A stretch of DNA of 64,000 nt from Thermincola ferriacetica (GTDB lineage: Bacteria > Bacillota > Thermincolia > Thermincolales > UBA2595): contig JAENYP010000016.1 in the NCBI GenBank assembly GCA_016841725.1, positions 25,272 to 89,271 on the forward strand. Direction: 5' to 3'. The notes beneath the pieces were generated by a model that was not told the DNA's origin, ran no database searches, and worked only from the letters and a program-made list of their open reading frames with translations. This document shows, one piece after another, positions 26,323 through 35,773 of this stretch. Each line of letters begins with the position of its first letter. Within the stretch, counting starts at the first letter, position 1. The position numbers were made by a program, and so were the translations under genes.

Positions 26323-27873
26323 TTACTTTTTAATGTTTATTCCAACTTGGCCGAATATTCCCATGCAGCACAAGGCCGAAAAATAAATTATGGCCCCGGT
26401 AAGTACAGCGGTCACAGTTGCCCAATCGCTTCCCATAATTATTGTTGATTGAGCATATGTAAAATATACCCCCACCGCCATTATTGTAGCAGCAAATACC
26501 GGCTTAAGCAATATTTTCCGGTAATCGGCCGTCCAGCCCAGAAAGCTGCGGATGTATACATAATTCAGGTAAGAGGACACTAAAAAGCCAGCCACAGTTC
26601 CGGCGGCAGCGCCAATAATACCGATCTGCGGCGAAGCCGTCAGGGTATAATTGAGAATCAGTTTAACAGCTGCCCCCAGAGCAAGATTTATTACAGGAAT
26701 AAAAGTTTTACCCATGCCCTGAAGAATCCCGGTAGTGGTCTGGTGCAGCCCCAAAAATACTGCTGCCGGCGCCAAAACTGCCAAAGGCAGTCCGGCCTCC
26801 GGACACCTGAACAAGAGATTGGAGATTGGCTTTGCCAAAATTATCAGTCCTGCTGCAGCCGGTATACATACCAGCAATGTTATCTCTACAGATGTCCTAA
26901 TCTGCCTCTTAACCTCCTCAAAACTCCTGCGTTCGAGGCCCCGGGAGACAGCCGGCACAAGAGAAGACGCCAGTGAAACGGTCAGCACTGTCGGCAGGTT
27001 AATCAAAGTTATGGCAGCACCGGTAAGCTGCCCATACAGCTGGGATGAGCGGGATACAGTATATCCCGCCAATTGCAGGCGTCCGGGAACCGTAACCGCA
27101 TCAAGGGTCTGCATCAATGGAAGGACAAGCCCTCCCAGGGAAATAGGAAGGGCCAGTAAGGTTAGTCTATAAACAATAAACATGACGCTTCGGACGTATT
27201 CTTTAGAAGACTCACCAGAACCTAAAGGGGCCATTTTGAAATAAGGCCTGATAAAATAAAGACCCGCAAGAAACATCAGCCCTCCCACCGCTCCTGTTAC
27301 AGCCCCGAAAGTAGCGGCAGCGCTGGCATATTCTATGCCCACAGGCAGGAAGATGTATGCACCGGTTAGTACAGTTCCTACCCTGATAAACTGTTCCAGC
27401 ACCTGGGATAAAGCAGTCGGAGTCATTTCCTGAAAACCCTGAAAATACCCCCTGAATACAGACATCAGCCCTACAAAAAAAACAGCCGGAGCAATAGCCC
27501 GGATACTATGAACTGCTGCAGGTACATGGAACACATCTGCCGCCAGGTATCCAGCGCTTTTGTAAAGCATTATCGATTGGAAACCGGATAATAATCCGAT
27601 AAATACCAGGGAAACAGCAAAGGTGCGCCTGACACCGGGAAAATTCCGGTGTGCCATGTTTTCAGAGATAATTTTCGAAACTGCGACAGGGATACCGGCG
27701 CTGGAAACGGCCAGTAATATTGTATAAATAGGATAAGCCATCTGATAAAGCCCCATTCCCTCTGACCCCATTACCCGAAAAAGCGGTATCCGGTACAGCG
27801 CCCCGAGGAATTTGCTTATCAATCCCGCCAGCGCCAGTATAGCAGCCCCTTTTAAAAAAGAATGGGTCTTCAA
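26323..27873 (-). CDS. spoVB: stage V sporulation protein B / MOP-family flippase (YabM/SpoVB-like)
   Basis: About 14 TM segments with the MurJ/SpoVB-like N-terminus KGAAILALAGLISKFLGALYRIPL. Syntenic next to spoVT. TTG start. Confidence 0.75.
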   Translation of the reverse strand: MKTHSFLKGAAILALAGLISKFLGALYRIPLFRVMGSEGMGLYQMAYPIYTILLAVSSAGIPVAVSKIISENMAHRNFPGVRRTFAVSLVFIGLLSGFQSIMLYKSAGYLAADVFHVPAAVHSIRAIAPAVFFVGLMSVFRGYFQGFQEMTPTALSQVLEQFIRVGTVLTGAYIFLPVGIEYASAAATFGAVTGAVGGLMFLAGLYFIRPYFKMAPLGSGESSKEYVRSVMFIVYRLTLLALPISLGGLVLPLMQTLDAVTVPGRLQLAGYTVSRSSQLYGQLTGAAITLINLPTVLTVSLASSLVPAVSRGLERRSFEEVKRQIRTSVEITLLVCIPAAAGLIILAKPISNLLFRCPEAGLPLAVLAPAAVFLGLHQTTTGILQGMGKTFIPVINLALGAAVKLILNYTLTASPQIGIIGAAAGTVAGFLVSSYLNYVYIRSFLGWTADYRKILLKPVFAATIMAVGVYFTYAQSTIIMGSDWATVTAVLTGAIIYFSALCCMGIFGQVGINIKK

Positions 27874-27954
27874 AAAAGCGCCTCCCCAAAATGTATTAAT
27901 CTATAAATATTTACGGGGGGCATAAAAAATTCCACTGGGAAATGCGCCGGTATA

Positions 27955-27982
27955 AAGAAAAGGTAGCTTTTAAGCTACCTTT
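27955..27982 (-). terminator. terminator after spoVT
   Basis: AAAGGTAGC/GCTACCTTT stem followed by a T-rich run on the minus strand. Confidence 0.5.
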
Positions 27983-27985
27983 GAA

Positions 27986-28537
27986 TTACTGTTCCATTTG
28001 TTTTGCCAGGAAGCCTGCCGCTGTTTCCGCAAGCTTCAACTCCATATCGCCCATTTGGGTTCCGGACTCCTTAGACAGGAGTATCACTGCACCAATCGGA
28101 TCACCTTCTGCGATTATCGGTGCAATCACCTGTGCACTAAACTTATCAGGCTCATCTTCATCCCCCTCTAATACGGGTTCAGAGCCAGGGTCGTTTATAA
28201 GTATCGCTTTACGGTCCTCCATTACCTTTTCCACTGCGGGCCCAATAGCTTTGTTCAGAAATTCCTTTTTAGGCGCCCCAGCAACAGCAATAATGGTGTC
28301 CCTGTCAGCAATACAGGCAATATGCCCAATAGCTTCATAAAGAGAGTCAGCATATTCTTTAGCAAAATCACCCAACTCACCAATGGGTGAGTATTTTTTA
28401 AGGATAACCTCCCCTTCCCTGTCCACAAAAATCTCAAGAGGGTCCCCTTCACGAATCCTCAGGGTTCTTCTAATTTCTTTAGGAATCACTACGCGTCCTA
28501 GGTCGTCTATCCTGCGTACTATACCGGTTGCCTTCAT
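27986..28537 (-). CDS. spoVT: stage V sporulation protein T (AbrB-family regulator with GAF-like domain)
   Basis: MKATGIVRRIDDLGRVVIPKEIRRTLRIREGDPLEIF SpoVT/AbrB swapped-hairpin N-terminus. Confidence 0.9.
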   Translation of the reverse strand: MKATGIVRRIDDLGRVVIPKEIRRTLRIREGDPLEIFVDREGEVILKKYSPIGELGDFAKEYADSLYEAIGHIACIADRDTIIAVAGAPKKEFLNKAIGPAVEKVMEDRKAILINDPGSEPVLEGDEDEPDKFSAQVIAPIIAEGDPIGAVILLSKESGTQMGDMELKLAETAAGFLAKQMEQ

Positions 28538-28589
28538 TAGTTTGTCTTCCCTCCTTTTTCTGCGCTTTTTAACAATAATCTTTCATTGA

Positions 28590-28619
28590 TAGTATATAAC
28601 AGAGCAGAGGGAATTATTC
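28590..28619 (-). promoter_or_regulatory. putative forespore (sigma-G/F type) promoter of spoVT
   Basis: On the minus strand: GAATA, 18 nt, TATACTA. This resembles the GnATR -35 and CATnnTA -10 consensus. Motif reading only. Confidence 0.3.
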
Positions 28620-28699
28620 ATTTTTTTCCATTGGATTTTCGTTAGGCGCAGTAGCATTCCTTTACGTCTGGCAAATTTGCAGCAACACTTTGATTTGCT

Positions 28700-29803
28700 T
28701 TACTTTGCCGGCTGCTGGGAACCTGTTGCAGGCGGCATTGTTGGAGCTTCAGGAACAGCAGCAGGTGCTTCTTCTGCCAGCTTGTTGTCAATTTTTGCAT
28801 TTTCCTTTACTCCGGTCATATACTCAGCAAACTTCTGCTGTTTCTGGACCATCGGCAGGGTTTGCTCAATCTGTTCCCTGGCTTCCTCAAAGGAAAGCTG
28901 TTTTTCTTCGGTCAGGGACTCCAGTTTGATTACATAATATCCTGTGGCAGTTTGAACAGGTTCTTTGCTATATTGTCCTGCTTTAAGCGCCATGGCTGCC
29001 TCATCAAATTCAGGAGGCATTACGGTTCCTTTGGCATAAGGGCTGCTCCCCTGCATATCCTTAACCAGCCCTCCGTCTTCCTTGGACGTGGCATCTTCGG
29101 ACTTCTCCCTGGCCAGTTTTTCAAAATCCGCTCCGGAATCAAGTTCCTTGATTATTCCTGCAGCAATCTCCCTGGCTTCCTCTTCATTACGACCCACTTT
29201 AGGTACATCTTGTCCCATCATGGTTGTCTGGTTAGGGTTGTCATATTTGATAAGAATCGCTCTGGCGCCGATTTTTACCGGATCTTTAAACTGGTCATTA
29301 TTTTCATCATAGTATTGCTTGATTTCTTCCTCAGAAACTTTAACATCAGCGGTAACTTTTTCATAGAGCTGGGTATATGCTGTTTCAAATGAAACCTTTT
29401 CTTCAATGTCTTCTATGGTATAACTATACTGCTTCATTGCCGCTTCAAATTCGGCTTTGCTGCCAAACTTTGCAATAATTTCCTCAACCTGTTTGTCAAT
29501 CTCACTCTTGGAAGGATATACCCCTTCGTCCTTTGCGGTCTGCTCAATAAGGGTCTGTTCAATCATCTTCTCAAGGGTCTGTTTTTCCAAGGCCGCTAAC
29601 ATCATTTGACCTTCCTGACCGGAAAAAGATGCCCCTTGCTGCTCCAAATATAGTTTTTCCTTGTTCATTCTCTTGTCCAGGTCTTCTTTAGATATCTTTG
29701 CCCCATTAACGGTAGCCAGGGTTTTGGAACTGCATCCGGCCACAGCAATTGAGAACGCGAGAACAATCATTAAGGCGGCGATTCTTTTCAGATTTCTTCC
29801 CAT
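28700..29803 (-). CDS. PrsA/SurA-like peptidylprolyl isomerase lipoprotein
   Basis: Lipobox VAGC, SurA-like N-domain and a parvulin-type segment. Confidence 0.75.
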   Translation of the reverse strand: MGRNLKRIAALMIVLAFSIAVAGCSSKTLATVNGAKISKEDLDKRMNKEKLYLEQQGASFSGQEGQMMLAALEKQTLEKMIEQTLIEQTAKDEGVYPSKSEIDKQVEEIIAKFGSKAEFEAAMKQYSYTIEDIEEKVSFETAYTQLYEKVTADVKVSEEEIKQYYDENNDQFKDPVKIGARAILIKYDNPNQTTMMGQDVPKVGRNEEEAREIAAGIIKELDSGADFEKLAREKSEDATSKEDGGLVKDMQGSSPYAKGTVMPPEFDEAAMALKAGQYSKEPVQTATGYYVIKLESLTEEKQLSFEEAREQIEQTLPMVQKQQKFAEYMTGVKENAKIDNKLAEEAPAAVPEAPTMPPATGSQQPAK

Positions 29804-29872
29804 GAATATTACCCTCCCCTAATAAAAATCATAAATTTATTATACTCCTACAGGTGTTAATGTTCAAGTTGT

Positions 29873-32800
29873 TTATTCCGCCTGTCCCGCCAATTTGGCT
29901 AACAGTTCCTCCAATTTCCGGAGCACCTCCGGACCGCTTAAGTTCTTTACGGAAAGAATTATTTGAAAACCCGCAGCTGCTGAATAAGATACCCTCCGCT
30001 TAAACATTTCTGTAATCGGAGCCAGCTGTTCCGCCTTAATGCCCGATAATTCATGAAACCTGATGCTTACTGAATCCCTGGTCTGCACAATGCTCTGGAC
30101 CCCTGTTCGGGCAGCCAAAGATTTTATCCTGGCAATGGAAATCAAGTTTTCGACCGGGCTGGGTATATCACCAAAGCGGTCCACAAGCTCCTCCACGACA
30201 TCAAAGGAGTCTTCCTGGTTTTCAATGTGCATAATTTTTTTATAGACCTCAATTTTCACTGCCGAGTCAGATATATAATTGTCACTTATAAATGCATTAA
30301 TGTTCAAGTCAATAGACGGCTCGGGCAGGCGTTCTGAAGATGTGCCGCTCAGCTCATGAACGGCCTCCTCCAAAAGCCTGCAGTACATATCAAACCCTAC
30401 AGCCATCATATGGCCGTGCTGTTCAGGTCCCAGGATATTACCGGCGCCCCTTATTTCAAGGTCCCTCATAGCAATTTTGAATCCGGCGCCAAATTCAGTA
30501 AATTCGCGAATGGCCTGCAGTCGCTTTTCAGCGATTTCCGTCAGGCTCTTGTCTTTGTTATAAGTGAAATACGCATAGGCCAGCCGGTGTGACCTGCCTA
30601 CGCGCCCCCTAAGCTGATGCAGCTGGGAAAGCCCCATTTTGTCCCCTTCATCCACAATCAGGGTATTAACATTCTGTATATCCAGGCCTGTTTCGATTAT
30701 AGTTGTACAAACCAAAATATCATAATCCCCGGAAATAAAATCCAGCATTCTTCTTTCCAACTGGTCTTCCCTCATCTGTCCATGAGCTACCGCAATACGT
30801 GCCTCAGGCACTACCGCCTGAAGCATACGGGCTGTTTTATCGATATCCTTGACCCTGTTATGCACAAAATAAACCTGGCCTCCCCGGTCAATCTCGCGCC
30901 TGACAGAGTCAGCAATTATTTCCAGGTTAAACTCGAGCACATACGTCTGGACAGGATAACGGTCCTCCGGGGGTGACTCCAGGATACTCATATCCCTTGC
31001 TCCAATCATCGCCATATGCAGAGTCCTGGGGATGGGGGTTGCCGAAAGGGTCAGGACATCAACACTCTGCCTGATATGTTTTAGTTTTTCTTTGTGGGTA
31101 ACCCCGAATCGCTGTTCCTCATCAATAATTACCAGGCCAAGCTCCTTAAATTCCACATCTCCCTGGAGCAGCCGGTGAGTCCCGATAATAACGTCAACCG
31201 ACCCTTTTTTTAGGTCATTTAAAATTCCTTTCTGTTCCCCTGCAGACTTAAATCTGCTTAACATTTCCACCCGGATCGGATATCCCGCAAACCTCTCCCT
31301 AAAGGTGTTAAAATGCTGTTGGGCCAGTATAGTTGTGGGAACCAGGACCGCAACCTGTTTATTGTCCATTACAGCCTTAAAAATGCCCCTGATGGCAACT
31401 TCTGTTTTGCCATAGCCGACATCCCCGCACAGAAGACGATCCATAGGTCTGGAAGTTTCCATATCTTTTTTTACATCCTCAATAGCGTTTAGCTGGTCAG
31501 GGGTCTCCTCAAAAGGAAAGGCATCTTCAAATTCCTTCTGCCATACCGTATCAGGGGAAAAACTGTGCCCCGGAATTTTCTGCCTGGCGGCATATAGTGC
31601 AATAAGGTCATTGGCCAGATCTTTGACTGACTCCTTCACCTTTTGCTTAACCCTGTTCCACTCGTTCCCGCCCAGTTTATAGAGTTTTGGCGCCGTCCCT
31701 TCTGCGCCGAGGTATTTCTGAATAAGTTCTATCTGATCTGTCGGAACATACAGCTTATCCTCCCCGGCATACTGAACAAAAAGATAGTCCTTCCGGATTC
31801 CGGCAACCTCAAGTTGTTTAATACCCATATATTTCCCAATACCGTGGTTTACATGGACAACAAAGTCACCGGGCCGCAGATCTGAAAAATGGCTTATCTT
31901 GGCTCCTTGCTGAGTCTGGGCACGAACAACGCGGGTCTTTTTGGGCTGTCCGAATATTTCCCAGTCTGTAATCACGGCAAGTTTGGCAGCTGTTAATTCA
32001 AACCCGGCCTCCAGCAGCCCACATGTAATGACTACTTCCCCGGGTGCAGCCCTCTGGGGGAGCCCGGATTCCATGCCGGCAAAGATGCCGTTGTCCTTGA
32101 GAAGCTCTCTGATCTTTTCCATCCGGCCGGGAGTGCTTCCAAAAATAACAACTGCAAAACCATTTTCCCTAAGCGTTTTTATTTCATCAACCAGAATGTC
32201 GATTTTACCCTTAAATATGTGCATGGTTTTTGCAGAAAAGTTCACAATGTTACCTGGTTTTACCCCAGGTTGTTTGGGCAGAAGGGAATAACCGACCCTG
32301 GTATACCGCGTCATGACCCTGTTAAGCTGTTCAACAGTCAGGTTATTATGCTGCTGGGCGGGAAGCGCCAGTCCCTGTTCCAGAAGGCTCACATGCATTT
32401 CTGCCTGTTCCCGCAGCCTGTTCTGGATAATATCCCTCTGCCGGGACGGCTCTTCAAGAAAAACTGCTGACCCCTGAGGCAAATACTCCAATACTGTGAC
32501 CCCGTCCGGATAAAAATACGAAAACAGGGCCTCAATTCCCTCAGGAACTATTCCCTGGTCAAGTTTTTCCAGGAAGTCACCCATCCTTTCAGATAACCTC
32601 TTATAAGCATCATTTTTTCCGGCTTTCAGGAGCATAGTTTTTTCAGTGATAAAATCCTTTCGCAGCCGCGGCAGCGCTTTTAATATCCTTTCCGAGGGAA
32701 AGACAGCTTCCCGCGCCGGAATAATGGTGATACCGCTGCGTTTTTCGAGGGAACGCTGTGTCTCTACGGTAAAATCCCTCACAGAATCTACCTCATCATC

Positions 32801-33397
32801 AAATAGTTCAATCCTGACCGGGTTTTCCGAGACCGGAGAATATATATCCAATATTCCTCCCCTTAGGCTGAAATGCCCCGGACCTTCCACCATATCTACT
32901 TTCTCATACCCCTGGTCTACCAGCATCCTGACCGTTTCTGAAAGGTCAAGCCGCTGCCCCACTTCGATTTTTAGGCAAAACCCACAAAAGACCTGGTGTG
33001 GAATAAGTTTCTTCAGGAGCGCTTCAACAGGGATTACCACAATGGCTCCCTCACAACTGATAATCCCGTCAAGGGCTTGAAGGCGTTGAATCATAACCTC
33101 TCTGCTTTGAGCAATTGCTCCAAACGGAACAGGATCAAGATCAGGAAAAAGCAGGACTTCCCTGCCTGGTAAAAGTGATTTTAGGTCAGTGACCTTCTTC
33201 TTAGCCGACTGAGCGCCGGCAGTCACAAAAAACACCGGCTGCCTGCAGCCACTGATAAGACCTGCCGTCAGATAGCTTATCTGGGTAGATGACAGCCCAT
33301 ACACCATCTGATATCCGGTCTTTTTCTGAAGACCTTTTACCAGAGAGACATAATCTGAGCTTTCACGCAATGGATCGTAAAATCCGTGTACCGTCAT
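29873..33397 (-). CDS. mfd: transcription-repair coupling factor
   Basis: UvrB-homology, CarD/TRCF RID, DEAD/DEEQ helicase motifs (GDVGYGKT, DEEQRFG) and TRG motif. Start moved to the ATG at 33397. Confidence 0.95.
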   Translation of the reverse strand: MTVHGFYDPLRESSDYVSLVKGLQKKTGYQMVYGLSSTQISYLTAGLISGCRQPVFFVTAGAQSAKKKVTDLKSLLPGREVLLFPDLDPVPFGAIAQSREVMIQRLQALDGIISCEGAIVVIPVEALLKKLIPHQVFCGFCLKIEVGQRLDLSETVRMLVDQGYEKVDMVEGPGHFSLRGGILDIYSPVSENPVRIELFDDEVDSVRDFTVETQRSLEKRSGITIIPAREAVFPSERILKALPRLRKDFITEKTMLLKAGKNDAYKRLSERMGDFLEKLDQGIVPEGIEALFSYFYPDGVTVLEYLPQGSAVFLEEPSRQRDIIQNRLREQAEMHVSLLEQGLALPAQQHNNLTVEQLNRVMTRYTRVGYSLLPKQPGVKPGNIVNFSAKTMHIFKGKIDILVDEIKTLRENGFAVVIFGSTPGRMEKIRELLKDNGIFAGMESGLPQRAAPGEVVITCGLLEAGFELTAAKLAVITDWEIFGQPKKTRVVRAQTQQGAKISHFSDLRPGDFVVHVNHGIGKYMGIKQLEVAGIRKDYLFVQYAGEDKLYVPTDQIELIQKYLGAEGTAPKLYKLGGNEWNRVKQKVKESVKDLANDLIALYAARQKIPGHSFSPDTVWQKEFEDAFPFEETPDQLNAIEDVKKDMETSRPMDRLLCGDVGYGKTEVAIRGIFKAVMDNKQVAVLVPTTILAQQHFNTFRERFAGYPIRVEMLSRFKSAGEQKGILNDLKKGSVDVIIGTHRLLQGDVEFKELGLVIIDEEQRFGVTHKEKLKHIRQSVDVLTLSATPIPRTLHMAMIGARDMSILESPPEDRYPVQTYVLEFNLEIIADSVRREIDRGGQVYFVHNRVKDIDKTARMLQAVVPEARIAVAHGQMREDQLERRMLDFISGDYDILVCTTIIETGLDIQNVNTLIVDEGDKMGLSQLHQLRGRVGRSHRLAYAYFTYNKDKSLTEIAEKRLQAIREFTEFGAGFKIAMRDLEIRGAGNILGPEQHGHMMAVGFDMYCRLLEEAVHELSGTSSERLPEPSIDLNINAFISDNYISDSAVKIEVYKKIMHIENQEDSFDVVEELVDRFGDIPSPVENLISIARIKSLAARTGVQSIVQTRDSVSIRFHELSGIKAEQLAPITEMFKRRVSYSAAAGFQIILSVKNLSGPEVLRKLEELLAKLAGQAE

Positions 33398-33620
33398 AGT
33401 TGCATTCCCTTTCTTGTAACGGAAATATGCCCTCGAGGCAAAACTCCCTAAACCCAAAAACACGGGCACGCCAAAAAACACCGGTTTTGGCATCCGGTGG
33501 TATCTGAATATTAAAAAAGCTCCAGCACCTGGGCTAAAGCTCTGATAGGCCTCCGGAATATCAATCCCCTTGCTCTCCGGCGCTTAACCGCTGTTCGATA
33601 TTTCTATTATATGACATGCT

Positions 33621-33860
33621 TTAGTGCATTAGAGGCTTTTGTAAAAAAACAAACTTGTCTTCCTCTCCAAAACCGAGGTCCCTGTTACATTCGGGACAAA
33701 CTGACAGGAAATAAATTCCGGGACCGTTAGCGTCTTGTAATATTATACCCCTCCCGGTCTCCCCAGTCAAGGCTTCTATTTCTCCCGGAAAGGCACCTTC
33801 AGCTACCTCAGCCTCATCAAAAACGGTATCACAGCAGTCACAGAAAAATCTGACTTTCAA
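33621..33860 (-). CDS. fin: anti-sigma-F factor Fin-family zinc-ribbon protein
   Basis: 79 aa with CDCC near the N-terminus and CPEC near the C-terminus. Same slot as B. subtilis fin/yabK between pth and mfd. TTG start overlaps the upstream stop. Confidence 0.6.
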   Translation of the reverse strand: MKVRFFCDCCDTVFDEAEVAEGAFPGEIEALTGETGRGIILQDANGPGIYFLSVCPECNRDLGFGEEDKFVFLQKPLMH

Positions 33861-34261
33861 GCTGGATGCCCCCTTCTTTTGACCAAAAATTTTAACACCG
33901 TAACGTTCCAGAGCATATGCAGCAGATACCCGCTCAATACAGCATATAACCAGTTATGATGCCTCTGCATAACCAGAAAAGTAATATAACCGTAAAAAAG
34001 ATGCCCGGCAAGACTGGCCGCCCCTGCCTGCAGTCCCTGCAACCCGGCATCCCAGGCGTCATAAACCCCCTCTATCAAGCCAAATGCTCCATGAGTCAGG
34101 ATTAAAGGACTTCCGGTCAGAACAGCTGCCCCGGTTTTTGCAGCTTCCTCAATCAGCGGCGCAAATACTACTATTTCCCTGGCTCCCATTACCTTTAAGA
34201 CCAACCGGTTCCCTATCCAGGAAACCACGGCAGCCAGCGCCCCAGCCGCGAAAAACAGCAT
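33857..34261 (-). CDS. small polytopic membrane protein with CPBP/PrsW-like motifs
   Basis: IEEAAK (the EExxK/R motif), GHLFYG and HMLWN (the HxxxN motif) lie in predicted TM helices. RBS GGAGGGA. Confidence 0.5.
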   Translation of the reverse strand: MLFFAAGALAAVVSWIGNRLVLKVMGAREIVVFAPLIEEAAKTGAAVLTGSPLILTHGAFGLIEGVYDAWDAGLQGLQAGAASLAGHLFYGYITFLVMQRHHNWLYAVLSGYLLHMLWNVTVLKFLVKRRGHPA

Positions 34262-34278
34262 AACATCCCTCCGGCCGC

Positions 34279-34845
34279 TTACAACCTATTTACCTCATTC
34301 ATAGCCTGTTCCGCCCCTTTTTCAATTACTGCCAGTACAGCCTCAGCAGCCTCTTTAACAGCTGCGGTCATTACCTTTGCTTCCGCTTCACTGAATTTGC
34401 CGAGGACAAAATCAACATTCTCCAAATACCCGTTCTCCGGCCGACCAAGGCCAATGCGCAAACGGGGGAAATCTTCAGACTGTATCAGGTAAATTATTGA
34501 CTTCATCCCATTATGCCCTCCGGCGCTGCCTTTGATTCTAAGGCGCAGCTTTCCGAGAGGCAGGTCCATATCATCATAGATTACCAGGATATCCTGCAGA
34601 TCAGTCTTGTACCAATGTACCATGTCAAGCACGGCTTCCCCGCTGAGATTCATATAGGTCTGGGGTTTAGCCAGAATTATTTTTTCCCCATCCTTAAACC
34701 CTTCACCAACCAGGCTTTTAAATCTGGCTCTGTCTACACTAATACCCAAAACTCCGGCCAGGTAATCAATAATCATAAAGCCGATATTATGTCTTGTAGA
34801 AGCATACTTACTGCCAGGGTTGCCCAATCCTATTATCAGTTTCAC
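34279..34845 (-). CDS. pth: peptidyl-tRNA hydrolase
   Basis: LIIGLGNPG..Y..TRHNIGF and GGHNG motifs. GTG start behind AAAGGGGGA. Confidence 0.9.
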   Translation of the reverse strand: MKLIIGLGNPGSKYASTRHNIGFMIIDYLAGVLGISVDRARFKSLVGEGFKDGEKIILAKPQTYMNLSGEAVLDMVHWYKTDLQDILVIYDDMDLPLGKLRLRIKGSAGGHNGMKSIIYLIQSEDFPRLRIGLGRPENGYLENVDFVLGKFSEAEAKVMTAAVKEAAEAVLAVIEKGAEQAMNEVNRL

Positions 34846-34945
34846 AAAGAATCCCCCTTTATCCACTTGTTTATTCGAGGGCTGAAGCACTTTTCCTCCT
34901 GTGAAATTTAAACTTTAGCAACCCTTTTTGTATTATTTGGACCCT

Positions 34946-35632
34946 TTAAGAAACATCTGCCTCTTCATTTTCAGCTCCGGCAGTTTCCATAGCTTCTCCG
35001 GCGGCTTCTCCTGCTGTGTCTTCTTGGTCCTTAACTTCTCTTGCGGCGTCTTCTTCCGGATCCTCCGCCACTCTGGGTGCCACTAACATGACAACCATCT
35101 TATCCGGTTCTGTCAGAATCTTTAAATCCCCAGATACCATAAGGTCAGCCACTGTCAAGCGCTCACCTGTCTCAAGGCCGGAAATATCAACACTAATCGC
35201 ATCCGGCATCTTGTCAGGAGTACACTCAATTTCCAGTTCACGCAGCCCGGTCTGCAAAACGCCTCCGGTCTTCTTTCCGGCAGCCTCACCTTTTAACACC
35301 AGAGGAACAGTTGTACGTAATTTGCCCTCCAATGACACTTTACAAAGGTCAGCATGGACAATATCCCTGTGGATAGGGTCTCTTTGCAGGTCCTTGATCA
35401 TGACCACGTATTTTTTCTGCTCCGGTCCTCCTGTTACATCCAGGTCAATAAGGACATTACGCCCCTTTTTGCGAATTACGGACTCCAGGTCTCTGGGATC
35501 AAGTTCAATGGCCTGTTCCTTAATGCCCTTCCCATAAACCACCGCAGGTATCCTCCCTTTATCACGCAAATAGTGCCGATAGCTTCCTTTGGTACTTGGC
35601 CTCAGGCTGGCACCTATCTTTGCCTCCACCAT
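34946..35632 (-). CDS. rplY: 50S ribosomal protein L25 / general stress protein Ctc
   Basis: R..GRIPAVVYGKG motif, two-domain Ctc form with an acidic tail. Confidence 0.9.
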   Translation of the reverse strand: MVEAKIGASLRPSTKGSYRHYLRDKGRIPAVVYGKGIKEQAIELDPRDLESVIRKKGRNVLIDLDVTGGPEQKKYVVMIKDLQRDPIHRDIVHADLCKVSLEGKLRTTVPLVLKGEAAGKKTGGVLQTGLRELEIECTPDKMPDAISVDISGLETGERLTVADLMVSGDLKILTEPDKMVVMLVAPRVAEDPEEDAAREVKDQEDTAGEAAGEAMETAGAENEEADVS

Positions 35633-35773
35633 TTTCTAACCCCCTCTGTTTCTTTCCAGTTCAGCCTTTTAGACTAACAATCAATTTTGTTATAGTATTT
35701 CCCGGAAAATGGTATAACAAACATGTCTCATGAATAATATGGTAGCAAAGAATTTTTATGGGGGGTTTTAAAA

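Noticed and set aside
33398-33493. The ORF track's 32-aa N-terminal extension of mfd (MPKPVFFGVPVFLGLGSFASRAYF...). The track adds similar upstream extensions to ftsH, tilS, spoVG, prs, pth, yabN, cphA, degV, cooS and the thioesterase.
   Set aside because: The extensions are hydrophobic or unconserved and lack RBSs. In each case an internal start with a strong GGAGG-like RBS matches the canonical N-terminus of the family.
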